Shown piece after piece: positions 50,731 to 63,089 of a stretch of 64,000 bases of DNA; position 1 is the stretch's first letter, and each line of letters opens with the position of its first letter. Where the stretch lies: contig NC_043009.1 in the NCBI RefSeq assembly GCF_006345805.1, forward strand, positions 14,012,001 through 14,076,000. The letters run 5' to 3'. The notes under the pieces are model-generated. The model was not told the DNA's origin and ran no database searches. It saw only the letters and a program-made list of their open reading frames with translations. A program made the position numbers and the translations under genes. Origin of the DNA: Octopus sinensis. Taxonomy: Eukaryota.

Positions 50731-51944
50731 CATATCAGACAAATTTGTTCATTCTTTTTCCTCCATTCATTTTAATCTATAATTTTCATCAACAATTTTA
50801 GTAATAATATATTTTCTTTCTTGCCAACGTTCTACTTGCTTGCCAATGCTTTGTCGGTAGAGTTCTCCAAGTGTTGAAGAATCCTTCGCGTCACGTTTTC
50901 AACTCCATGACGTTGTTGAACGAAACGTCTCGCAGGCTGTTGGAGAGCGAAGGAAAATACAAAGGGCGTGGTAGAACTTCCCAACCGAGCATTTGAACAC
51001 GATTTTTAATCAAAGTAGTGACGCCATGTCACCCGTTGCGTCGTTCCAGTTGGATTGCCCCGTTGATCTGGTCCATTTGCTGAAGGTAATGCGCCTCATT
51101 GACCATGCGACCGTTTCCGAAAATTTCCGAGTAGATTAACTCTTCAATCTCACCAACCAATGATCATTGTTTTGCACGGTTTCAGCTCTGTCATCTCGAG
51201 GTGTTGCTTGCTTTTCGGGACTCATATAATTTCCCCTCTACTTCATATTGACGTAAATACACCATTTTTCATCGCCAATGACGACACGGTAAAGAAATCT
51301 GTTTGTGTCCATGAGTAGCATATTGATGAGTGAATAAACTCACGACAATAGAGTAGCGCTGGAGGTTTCCTCTTTGGTTCAGAGCATGTGACACATATGT
51401 ACCGAGTATTTTAATCTTACACGTCGAATGAGTGTGCCGGGCAAAGGCATCAGGAGAGCATCCCGTTTGCTGGGCCAATTCGCAAGTGAACTGGCGCGGA
51501 TCCTAATGAGTGAGCTGGTTCAATCCATCCTCATCGAATCAAACAAGTCAGCCGGAACGCAGAGAGTGTGTGAGTTGGAAATTCCTCTCTTTGAAGCATG
51601 GAAACCATTTCTGTGCAGCTCTTCCCGTAACAGCACTTTCTCCGTTTTCAGCACAAACGTCCCGAACAGCTTTGGCTGTTTTGGAAACAAGACTGAAAGC
51701 AAAGAGAAGACAGGTATAAAAAAAAATGCTCATTTTTTTGGTGTTTGGTAGACCATCGCCATATGTTTGACAAAAGGTAAAAATTTATTCAAATTTCAAA
51801 GACGATAAGCAAAAGTTGTAGAGACAGAGTAGCGACAGAAAAAACATAAAACACTACAAACTCTTGTAAATGTATATTGACTCTGGAAATCATGACAGTT
51901 CAAATAACACTCAAAAGAAACGATGGAATTTATTTCTCTCAATA
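50731..51944 (-). mobile_element. Degenerate mariner transposon, ~1.2 kb
   Basis: Minus-strand N-terminus 'LLFAFSLVSKTAKAVRDVC...RAAQKWF..FKERNF.L', 'RVVIGDEKWCIYVN', 'GWEVLP', C-terminus 'YII*'. Confidence 0.9.
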
Positions 51945-51959
51945 TAGAGAAACATTATC

Positions 51960-52124
51960 AGGAGCGGCTGTGTGGTAAGTAGCTTGCTTACGAACTACAT
52001 GATTCCGGGTTCATTCCCACTGCATGGCACCTTGGGCAAGTGTCTTCTACTATAGCCTCGAGCCGACCAAAGACTTGTGAGTGGATTTGGTAGACGGAAA
52101 CAGAAAGAAGCCCGTCGTATATAT

Positions 52125-52159
<35 letters not shown>

Positions 52160-52178
52160 ACATATATATATATATATG

Positions 52179-52225
<47 letters not shown>

Positions 52226-52226
52226 A

Positions 52227-52294
<68 letters not shown>

Positions 52295-52692
52295 AGAATT
52301 CGGGAAAAAAACAAAAGACGAAGACAGGTGGTGTAAAAAACAAACAAATGTATTTGTATAACGCTCGGGAATTGACGTTTCGAGCCTACGCTCTTCCACA
52401 GAAAGGAACACAGAAAGAAACAAGGAGAGAAAAATAATGTGTGTAGTGGCTACCGATATGTATGTATGTATGTGTGTATATATTTGTGTATCTGTGTTTG
52501 TCCCCCACTATCGCTTGACAACCGATGGTGGTGTGCTTACGTCCCCGTAACTTAGCGGCTCAGCAAAATACACCGATAGAATAAATACTAGACTTACAAA
52601 GAATAAGTCCTGGGGTCGATTTGCTCGGTTAAAGGTGGTGCTCCAACATGGCCGCAGTCAAATGACTGAAACAAGTAAAAGACTAAAAGAGA
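51960..52692 (+). mobile_element. Family C SINE split by a PLE-type fragment (52292-52455)
   Basis: 5' half to 52120, (TA)n, insert, 3' half 52490-52692. Confidence 0.9.
52370..52406 (-). ncRNA. Hammerhead-like motif with A6U core
   Basis: CCUUU CUGUGGA A GAGC-GUAG-GCUC GAAA C G UC|; same family as 58551-58587. Confidence 0.55.
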
Positions 52693-53442
52693 ATGCATTT
52701 TGTTTTGATTTTTCGACCGAAATGCGCCAAAATATTTTACTTTTCAATAAAATGTTCCACGAATAAAGATAAAAAAGCAGTTTGGGAACTGCTTTACAAT
52801 GACAATCCTCCTCCTACGATTCACATGGAGAAAACCTGCCTACACTTACATTGGAGCAGAGCCCTCTTCGTATCCAAATTTAACGCTTATCTCCTACGGA
52901 AAACTGGGTATAAGTGTAAACTTTATGGATCACCGTAATTCGGAAAGGATTAGTAAATATCGGAATCAGTTGAGAAGGTTTGTAGGAAGACATAACACGG
53001 CTCCAAGATTCACACGTGAGGTGACGCACATGCACAAACACACACACACGCGCGCGCATAAACACACACACACACACACACAAACATACACACACACACA
53101 CAAACATACATAACCCAGAAACAGGTGGTAAGTGGTAGGATCTGCCTGTGTAATAATGTTAACAGACTGTGGTATGTTTTATTCAATGGATTTGTCAATA
53201 TTTGCGCCACTGTCGCGGTTTTTCCTTTACTCCACATGCCAGCTAAACGACTGCTGTCACATCTTTCTCTTCGTTCTCCTGAATAGTCCTTCTTTTAGCT
53301 TATTATTTTCTTTTCGCTATTTTTAATCGTCTCAGCCTAGCAACAGTTGTAACATAGCAATAAATAAGCGAATGTTTCTTCGTAAAAATATATCAAACAC
53401 GAAACGTTATATATACACACACATCATGATATATATATATAG

Positions 53443-53489
<47 letters not shown>

Positions 53490-53594
53490 CGTGTGTGGTG
53501 TGTGTGTGTGTATGCGTATATATTGTGGTGTGTATATATATATATGTGTATATATATGTGTATATATATATGTATATATATATATGTATGTATT

Positions 53595-53629
<35 letters not shown>

Positions 53630-53642
53630 GTATATATATATG

Positions 53643-53713
<71 letters not shown>

Positions 53714-53720
53714 TGTTGTG

Positions 53721-53758
<38 letters not shown>

Positions 53759-54342
53759 CACATTTCTAGGCTCGCACGTGTATACATATGCATGGGTTTG
53801 TATTGTAAGACAATTTTGGACGAAACAGAAACATATCTAAATTTCGTTTGTTTGTGCATGCGCCACACACAGTTTTCATATAGCTATAACTTTGTGTAAA
53901 TGAGAGAGTATATTTGTGTGTGTGTGTGTGTCTGTGTGTGTGTGTGTGTGTGTGTGTCTGTGTGTGTGTGGGGTATTGACGCATATTTACTCAAGTATCT
54001 ATGATTAATAAAAACAGTTTACTTTGTGTGTGAGTGCTTATTCACGAATGATCCTTGGGTCTGTAAATCTTGTCTCTTCTTCTCTCCTCTCCTTCTCCTC
54101 CTCCTCCTCCTCCCTTACCACCCCACCACACCACCCCACCACCACCACCACCACAACACTACTACACTACTACTACTATACTACTACTACACTGCTCCTA
54201 ATCTGCATATATCTATCTACTATCTACTATCTATCTACTACTATCTATCTATCTATCTATATCTATCTATCTATCTATCTTCTCTGCTCTAATCTATCTC
54301 ATCTCTGCTCTGTCTGTATCTATCTATCTATCTATCTATATC

Positions 54343-54373
<31 letters not shown>

Positions 54374-54846
54374 GTCTATCTATCTATCTCTCTATCTATC
54401 TTCATCTATCTATCTATCATCTATCTATCTATCTATCTATCTCTATCTATCTCTCTATCTATCTATATCTCTATCTATCTTTCTATCTATCTATCTATTC
54501 CTCTATACAAATGCATCAATAATTTATTCAAATTCCCATTCCTTATCGTTCGTTGTATTCTTTTTATTGTAAATCTTCCTAGTATGTGTCTATCTTTTCA
54601 GTATAACCTTGGTTACTCGATCTGAGAAATAGTAGCAAAATCTCAGTCAGATCATATCCTTGTGTGCTATGAAGAGAAGCAGGGGTGTTCTTCTCTCCTA
54701 GACACACATGCACACACAAACACAAACACGCATGCACACACAAACACACACACGTTACATTTTGATTGCGATACTCTCGCAAACTGCATTTACCAACGCT
54801 ATTTCATATCACAAATTTATTGAAATCTGATTAACAGCAGAATATT

Positions 54847-55229
54847 CTTTTCTACTCTAGACACAAGGCCCGAATTTTGGAGGGAGGGAGTCAGTGGATT
54901 AGATCGACTGGTACTTAATTCATCGACCCCGAAAGGGTGAAAGGCAAAGTCGACCTCGTCGGAATTTGAACTCAGAACATAAAGACAGACGAAATACCTA
55001 TTTCTTCACTACCCACAAGGGGCTAAACACAGAGAGGACAAACAAGGACAGACATAGGTATTAAGTCGTTTATATCGACCCCAGTGCGTAACTGGTACTT
55101 ATTTAATCAACCCCGAAAGGATGAAAGGCAAATCGACCTCGGCGGAATTTGAACTCAGAACGTAGCGGCAGACGAAATACCGGTAAGCATTTCGCCCGGC
55201 ACGCTAACGTTTCTGCCAGCTCGCCGCCA
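54847..55229 (-). mobile_element. Family A SINE heterodimer (tail1 unit + tail2 unit) inside one 17-bp TSD
   Basis: TSD attaacagcagaatatt at 54830-54846 and 55232-55248; junction 'gaaata|ggtatttcgtc'. Confidence 0.95.
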
Positions 55230-55261
55230 TCATTAACAGCAGAATATTATAGAATTGATTG

Positions 55262-55490
55262 AGCGATGAGCTGGCAGAAACGTTGGCGCGCCGGGCAAAA
55301 TGCTTAGCTGCGTTACGACCGTCTCCACGTGCATTGTTCAAATTCCGCCGAGGTCAACTTTATCTGTTTATCCTTTCGGGGTCGATAAAATAAGTAGCAG
55401 TCATGCACTGGTTCGATGTAATCGATTTACTCCCTCCCTCGAACTTGCTCACGTTGTGCCAAAATTTGAAACCAATATTATGGAAATGTT
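55262..55490 (+). mobile_element. Family A SINE, tail type 3, head-to-head with 54847-55229
   Basis: Head 'gatgagctggcagaaacgtt', body, tail 'gtgccaaaatttgaaacc'. Confidence 0.85.
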
Positions 55491-56242
55491 ACGTGCAACT
55501 AAAATTATTCGCAATATAATTAATCAAATAAAAAATATAAACAAATAAATAAAAGTATAATAAATAATATAAATAAATAAAATCAGCATAAATAATATAA
55601 GTAAACAAATGAATGTAACCTTACCTGGCACAATATACTCGATAAGTCTATAATACATTAAAAGTCAGATTGAATCTTGCTTGCTTGCAGTGTTACTCAG
55701 CCAAACTGGCACATTATGGAAAATACTATGAATTAAGTTTTCCCAGAAATGTAACTACGAATGGAATGAAAGAAATTTCGCGTAAATCGGATAATTGGTC
55801 GTGAAGATATTAAGGGTTTTCGGGGTATAAATACCCAAAACGATGAACAACGGGAAAAGTTTCCGAAATTAACTTAATCCTGAAATGGAAGTAACTCATA
55901 CCTTTCGATTGGACAGTAACTTGACAACGAAAAAATACGACTTGTGTTTTACAGTAAATGTTTCTATTTTCGCTTTTTGCTAAACACAGTATTTTAATCA
56001 TTTAAAAATATTTTTAAGTGAAAGTGATTTAAAAAATGTAAGTTGTTCGTACAATAAGTATTTATATTTTATCTTTCTTTAAACTGACAATATTTTAATG
56101 TTTTTTAAAATTTATTTTCAATGGAATTCCATTATAAACATTTTTTGGCATAAATATTTCGTAAAAGACCCGATCGTAACCTTGGTGTGAAAAACTTTTC
56201 CCCATAGGTTTTTTCGAGTTCATTCAACGTATCTCACTTCCA

Positions 56243-56359
56243 AAGATTTGCCTGCTATTTCTAGCACGCCCTGCTACCACGTTACTGCTATTTGATATAA
56301 AAGACCCGAAGTACCTGTTACGTGGTAGCAGGGCATGCAATAAATAGCAGCTGAATCTT
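56243..56359. repeat. Hairpin with ~37-bp imperfect arms (15-bp perfect core)
   Basis: gccctgctaccacgt (56268-56282) / acgtggtagcagggc (56320-56334). Confidence 0.8.
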
Positions 56360-56539
56360 GCCTTACGCGTGATTTCGATGTCACATTCGTTGAAAGTATG
56401 CAAAATAACCTGGAAGAGAAAAAACCCCTCGAAACAAAACTCCGTTGCTGGAAAACTCAGACTTTCCCGGTGACCGAAAGGGGCCACAGGTAGTTTAGTC
56501 TAATACAAAAATCACGAATTACCTATAACTAATTCTTTA

Positions 56540-57003
56540 TTCTTTTATTCTTTTACGTGTTTCAGTGATTTGACTGCGGCCATGCTGGAACACCGCATTG
56601 AAATATTTTAGTCGAACCGATGGATCCCAGGGCTTATTTTTTGTAAAACCTGGTTTTATTCTATCGTCACTTTTGCCGAACCGTTATGTTACGGGGACAT
56701 AAACACTCCAACACCGGTTGCTAAGCGGTAATGGGGGACAAACACAGACACACTCACATAGATATATACATATGTATCTACCCATCAATCCACTCACAGG
56801 GGTTTTGTCGGCCCGGGGCTGTAGTTGAAGACACTTGTCCAAAGTGCTGCTCAATGGGATTGAACATAGGACCATTATTTACATTTGACGGATATTTGTC
56901 CTCATCTTGTTTTGACTGATATACCCTCCAGCCTTCATCAGGCGTCTTGGAGAAATTTCGAACCTGGGTTTTCCTAAGGTATTTTTAGATGTTGTTGTTG
57001 TTG

Positions 57004-57057
<54 letters not shown>

Positions 57058-57185
57058 TCACTGCTTGGAATCGAACTCGGAATCTTGGGGTTAGTAACCC
57101 GCGCTCTTAGTCACTACGCCATATGCCCACATGGATATGTGGTTGGGAAGCAAGCTTCTTACCACACGGCCACGCTTGCGCCTAT
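56540..57185 (-). mobile_element. Family C SINE interrupted by the tRNA-hammerhead unit
   Basis: Body 56540-56874, head 57130-57185. Confidence 0.85.
56875..57128 (-). mobile_element. tRNA-head + (AAT/AAC)n + hammerhead unit, copy 2
   Basis: Minus strand: GGGCATA TGGCGTAGTG (A box) ... AGTTCGATTCC (B box), microsatellite, then GACGC CTGATGA A GGCTGG-AGGGTATA-TCAGTC AAAAC, then the tail shared with copy 1. Confidence 0.85.
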
Positions 57186-57559
57186 AATGCGACAAAAATA
57201 TGATCAGGAACGTTACTTTATTAATAATGCAGAGGGGAGAAAGTGAAAAAAAAAAATAAAAAAATAAGGAACTCGTATAAAGATAATAAAATACATTACT
57301 ACGTTCATATATTTGTTTTGAAAGATTCTTGATGTGAAATCGTGTGATGAAACAGATGTTGCTGTATTTATTGGCTAAACTGGAAAAATGACCATTCCTA
57401 AATACAACAACAAAATACATTACATTTTGGATGAAGAAGTTTACATTTTTCAATGAGATAACTGGGGTGAGATGACAGTTAACAATAATATGAATAATAA
57501 TGTAAAAATTTGCGATCGTGTCTCATATTAGAGGATAACCCATTCTTCTGTTTCACTGT

Positions 57560-57880
57560 TTACTCAATAGCAGCGCCCCCCACTCGCATAGTAGGACAAT
57601 TCTGCTCTCCGGGACTCTCGGGGCGGGATCGTCCCGAAAGTCAAGGTCGCCATGATGCTTTTCTTTTTTTCTTTTAGGAGGGGTCTGATAAAGAGCGATG
57701 GGCTCTGGACTGATGTACTGACCGGCACTTCACTCTCACAGGCCCTATTTAAAGTATAGCTAGCTTTCATTCGCGAATGCGCATGGCTGGCAACATGAAT
57801 CATGCGTTCGCTAACTGTTTTATGCAGATTAAGTGTAGATACCTTTTTAGTCCCCACGCCCCGCCTTTCAAGCAGTAAAG
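57560..57880 (-). promoter_or_regulatory. Candidate cis-regulatory island / Pol II promoter
   Basis: Non-repetitive and GC-richer; minus strand shows GC box (GGCGGGGCGTGG), TTTAAATA ~30 nt before TCAGT, ATGGCG in good context, and a CTCF-like GGGGGCGCTG. Motif-level evidence only. Confidence 0.35.
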
Positions 57881-58286
57881 CATACAGGATGCGACACCCA
57901 GAACGAAAGAGGTGTGTTACGAGTTACTTTTGGTACTCATTACAATTGAGTAGTCTAAACATTTAATAATGAAGTACTTAGTCAAGGATATAACGCCACT
58001 TGGCTCAGAAACTGAACCCACGACCTTATATGATTATGAACCGACTGCCCAAATAGTTAGGCCATGCGCCTTTACTTAGTAGTGCATTGATATAGCTAAA
58101 TCCACTTTCAATCACAAATGAGTATGACAGTACAAATGTATCGACGGTTGTCCTACGATTTGAGTATTTGGTTGTGTTTTCCATGTTTTACAAATTTTTG
58201 AACAATTTTGTCAAGTTCAACGTTCAATCAATGCGGCATGACTTTAAAATTGAGCTTAAAACATTCATTTAAATTTTTGCATACCT

Positions 58287-58342
<56 letters not shown>

Positions 58343-58489
58343 ACACATATATATATATATATACAATATAAACATAAATACATATATATATACATGTATA
58401 CACACACGCACACACATATATATTTATCAGAAAGTATTGCATTAAATACATTAATAATGCACATAATGTTTAATTATATATACATAAAT

Positions 58490-58522
<33 letters not shown>

Positions 58523-58523
<1 letters not shown>

Positions 58524-58676
58524 TTTCTCTCCTTGATTTTTTTCTGTGTCCCTTTCTGTAGAAGAGCGCAGCCTCGAAACGTATAAGACTTTTTCAATTC
58601 CTGAGCGTTATACTAATACATCTGTTTGTTTTGTACACCACCTGTCTTCGTCTTTTGCTTTTTCCTGAACTCTCCG
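58523..58676 (+). mobile_element. PLE-type terminal fragment in (TA)n with an A6U hammerhead-like motif (58551-58587)
   Basis: Reverse complement of the 52292-52440 family; CUUU CUGUAGA A GAGC-GCAG-CCUC GAAA C G UA|. Confidence 0.75.
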
Positions 58677-58714
<38 letters not shown>

Positions 58715-59344
58715 CTGAGAGTTATATGTAAATGTGCATGAACGGGTGTGTGTATGGATGCATGTGTGTGCAAAAGCAACATGGGCAAGAATGTACATCT
58801 ACATCTCGTTTAGATTGCCAACGCTCTTAAGGTTTTCTTACGAACTAAAGATACGGTACTACTTTATTTAGCTTTCAATGAAACTTGTTTGCCGCTCGTA
58901 TAGCTTGATATATCATATAAACATTTATATATCAATTTAGAAAGTGAAATGGACATAAATTCAATGTAGTATGATAGATAATTCAGTCGTTAGGCGGCGC
59001 TTATAGATTTATAAGGCATATAAACTATTTTGTATTAAACACCGTAGTCTTGATTTTTTATGCGTGCATCCTCTCACATAGATTACTTTAATTGTTAGTG
59101 TTTTCCATTGGCAGTTGATTGGCTGAATCGTTGGAGAAGCAGAAAATACCTTGCAGTATTTTGTTTCAGTTCTCTCCATTTTGAGTCCGAATCTCGACTT
59201 TCATACCTACAGGGATGATAAAATAAGATAGGGTACCAGTCAAGCCGGGATCAATTGTAATTGACGAAACCTCTTCTCCAAATATCCAGATCTTGGGCCT
59301 GTGTTTTGAGTGATTATCAATGTTTCTACTATTTAAAAAAGTTT

Positions 59345-59790
59345 TTTTTTTTTTAATCTAGTTTCAGCTCACAAGCTGTGTCCATGCTGGGGCACCGCCA
59401 TTTGGTGCTGCTACATGATTTTACTTCACGAATGCCTTTTAGCAATTGCCATTTGGTGCATGAGAGAGTTCGATGCAGCTGCCCTCATCTGCCCCTCCTG
59501 CCGTGAAGTTGGTTCATCTGGGACACCTGACAAGAAGAGATCCAGTTTTATTTTAAAGACATCTGCATCCACCCCATGCAGGTCTCTTAGGTTCTTCGGG
59601 AGGATATTGAAGAGCTGTGGGCCTCGGAAGCCCAGGCTATCACAGTATCTTGTCCTACATCTTGATGGAAAATTTGGAGTCCTTGGCACTATGCAGTGGC
59701 GCCCAGTTCTGGCATTTGTGTAACTCTCGATGCTATGTAGTTTTATCGCTCAACACTTCTCTCTGGAGACAAGGACAGCGAGAGTGTTCC
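59345..59790 (-). mobile_element. CR1-type LINE 3' end with 3' UTR stem-loop and poly(A)
   Basis: ORF 59426..59689 'GPQLFNILPKNLRDL...FKIKLDLFLSGVPDEP...AASNSL'. Confidence 0.9.
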
Positions 59791-60059
59791 CCGTGACCCT
59801 TCCCATGACACTCAGGTGTGTGCATGTGTGCGTGTGTGTGTATGTATGTACATGTTCACACACATAGCAACATGTGTATATGTATGTATGTAAGGTGATG
59901 AGAATAAATATTTTGAAAAGGAAAGAGCGAGAAAATATTTCTTTTGCAATGTTGAAGCAAAGGAGTCGTTGAAATTGAATAAATCAACGAATGTTTTAAA
60001 TGTAATTCAACATAAAAACTAAAAGGTGCGTTTGTGTGTGCCTGCACATGCATTGTATA

Positions 60060-61815
60060 CCATCTGCTCCAATTAAAAAGCTGTATGGAGATCGGTGCGA
60101 GCTTCAGTAGTCGATCAAAATATTTTGAAAGGGTAGCACAAGATATAGTGCAGCAGCTGTCATTGTTACTAACGTAACCTGATCCAGAGCCATGCAGACA
60201 CAAAAGCTCACCGGCCACCATGATTAATTGGTCCAGGATGGCCACCATTATCGCCAAACTAGATATCACACCAATTCTACCATCAAATATCTGAAGCCTG
60301 TTACAGCTCAACATAAAAATCTTCAAACGTGAGAGACTTTTCTGTATGCAATCAATCATTATGTATAGCACTTGCTGAAAATATATCAATCGGCAGGGAT
60401 TAGGGATACAGAAGCACATTTATCAAAGTGTATTGTGTTTCGTAGAGAAAGGAAAGAAAGAAGTCATGGTAGAGACACCGTGTTCGTCTATGATGTCATA
60501 CTCTTAAACCTGTTGTCACGTTCAACCTGAGTCTGTGACACATCAATAGTACATTTGAAGTAGTTCAATGTGATAATATATACATTATATTGTCCACCCG
60601 AGGAAGATATCATGTACATGTTATATGATAAACCTGAGGAAAGACTTAAAATGATTAAAAAAAGTACTAATGAAAGTAGATTAACTCATCAATGTATTCT
60701 TTGGGACTTCAACTTTCTCAACATCAGATAATCCGAAAGCAACAAGATTTGAGGAATGTCACTCAAAGAAGTCAATTATCCAGAATCTCTTCTTGATCTC
60801 ACAAAAACAATGTTTTTAGAAATAATAATATTTTTTGCCGACCAGAAACATCTTAGACAACTGCTTCACCAAATACGTGGAATTTTTCCACAATGTGGAA
60901 GTTCTGCCTACGATTTTCTCGGATCACAACATAATAGAACTAATAAAATATGGTCTGAAGCTGATCAAAGATGAATACTTCACAAGATATACCCTAACAT
61001 TGTCCAGTTTGCATTTCTACAGAGCTGACTGAAAATCGGTACAAAACGAAATCCTAAAACAAAATTAGCCCCAAACTCTCTATTCAAGACAATGACATGA
61101 AACTCAAAGAATTTTTGTCAATACTGTAAGTCAAATGCAAAATCATTTTTCGTCCTAATGAGACGAAAATAAGAGATTTCAAATTTTGTAAAAAAAAACA
61201 AGAAAAACAAACAAAAAAAAAAAAACAAAAAAACTTAATGGCAGCTAGCCACACCTTAAAAAGGCACTTTTAGAGATCGAAAAGAAGCTCAAGATCTCCC
61301 ATGCAAAAGAAAGAGAAGAAAAACACAACAGTTGAAAATATAAAAATTAACCCTAAGGCATTCAATTAATTTGCACAATTCAGAAGTGTGTTCACTTCCT
61401 AACAGGAAGATATGGAACTAATGAGTCTTATGAGTTGATCAACACCGCAGATCCAAACAGAAAGAAAATGGCAGTTATCGATTGATACAAAAGAAGAGGA
61501 TAGGATAGCGCCCACTGATGAGGGGAACTTAAACTCGGCGACGGGTTCTCGTGATTTTCCAGTTATTCTAAAATCTTCCAAAGAAGTTCTCGCAAAATCA
61601 CTGCGGATAATTTTCCAGAGCTATTTTGCACGTGACGAACTTTCCAGAATGTTAAAAGAAGGTATAACATGACGTTTAAAGAAGGTATTGTATGCTTTAT
61701 CCCATAAACGAGAGAAAGTACACGAGATCTTAAAAATTGCAGGCCTGTCTCTATGATCTCATAAGCTAGTAAAGTCATGGAACGCATTGTCAGCATTAAG
61801 ATAATCACCTTCCGA
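60060..61815 (+). mobile_element. Highly degenerate CR1-type LINE (APE endonuclease to RT start)
   Basis: 'RRERKERSHG','DFNF','PTRNILDNCFT','SDHNII','KNCRPVS..SKVMERIV' across frameshifts. Confidence 0.82.
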
Positions 61816-61879
61816 TAAGAAAATTACTTGCGTACTGTCACGTAGTATAGCTCCCACCTTTCACAACTACTCCACCATG

Positions 61880-62490
61880 CCATACATACATACATACATA
61901 CATACATACATACATACATACATACATACATAGATACATACACACATACATACATACGTACATACACACATACATACATACGTACATACATACATACATA
62001 CGTACGTACATACATACATACATACGTACGTACGTACATACATACATACATACATACATACATACATACATACATACATACATACATACATACGTATGTA
62101 CGTACATACATACATACATACATACACACACATACACACATACATACATACGTACATACATACATACATACATACATACGTACGTACGTACATACATACA
62201 TACATACATACATACATACATACATACATACGTATGTACGTACATACATACATACATACATACACACACATACACACATACATACATACATACATACATA
62301 CATACATACATACATACATACATACATACATACACATACATACATACATACATACATACATACATACATACTTACGTACATACATACATACATACATACA
62401 TACATACATACATACATACACACACATACACACACATACACACATACATACATACATACATACATACATACATACATACATACATAAATA
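61880..62490. repeat. Very long (CATA)n tract with (CA) and (CGTA) interruptions
   Basis: Direct reading; explains ORFs 61824..62552 etc. Confidence 0.97.
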
Positions 62491-62552
62491 CGTACGTATT
62501 TATATACGTATTTCTGTATATACGTATATATATATATGTACATAAATAACAA

Positions 62553-62739
62553 AAAATATCGTGTATATTAGAACACATTAAGAGGCTTCCAAATAGGAAA
62601 GCCTTGTGCTAGAAAGAGCAGTAGAAAACTCAAACCACTAATTATGGATAAATTCTGGTTTGAGTTTGCTAGTGCTCTTTCTAGCAGAAGGTTTTCCTAT
62701 TGGAGGCCTCTTAATGTGTTCTAATGTACACGATATTTT
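62553..62739. mobile_element. Palindromic MITE-like foldback, ~85-bp arms and 18-nt loop
   Basis: aaaatatcgtgtatattagaacacattaagagg... / ...cctcttaatgtgttctaatgtacacgatatttt. Confidence 0.85.
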
Positions 62740-62907
62740 ATGTGAATAATATATAGTCTACTGACTATTTTTTTGTGCTAATCCACTAGTAATAATTTCT
62801 ATAATTTTTATTACCCTAATATTATGTACATACATACATACATACATACATACATACATACATACATACATACATACATACATACATAGCTGTGTACATA
62901 CATACGT

Positions 62908-63075
62908 GGACCACCATATTGAAATCAAATGCAAGGAGTGACTGTATTATCACCGATAGAATACAATATCGCAAAGGCATATTCGAAGGAGACAGCCTCT
63001 CTGTGATGTTGTTTATATTTTCTGAAAACCCCTTGTCACTCATGTTAAAGAAATCAGAAGGGTACCTCACTGGCT
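62908..63075 (+). pseudogene. R4/Dong-type RT fragment
   Basis: 'IQYRKGIFEGDSLSVMLF....NPLS.ML' (GIFQGDSLSP motif). Confidence 0.8.
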
Positions 63076-63089
63076 CACAGGGACACAGA

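Noticed and set aside
59856-60419. 187-aa minus-strand ORF as a host gene
   Set aside because: Antisense to the CR1 endonuclease region and begins in repeat sequence.
59345-61815. Single inverted (twin-primed) CR1 insertion
   Set aside because: The two pieces differ greatly in decay and no shared TSD was found; treated as independent insertions.
61824-62552. 242-aa ORF and other YVCM/HTYI/IYIY ORFs throughout
   Set aside because: Microsatellite read-through with no coding signal.
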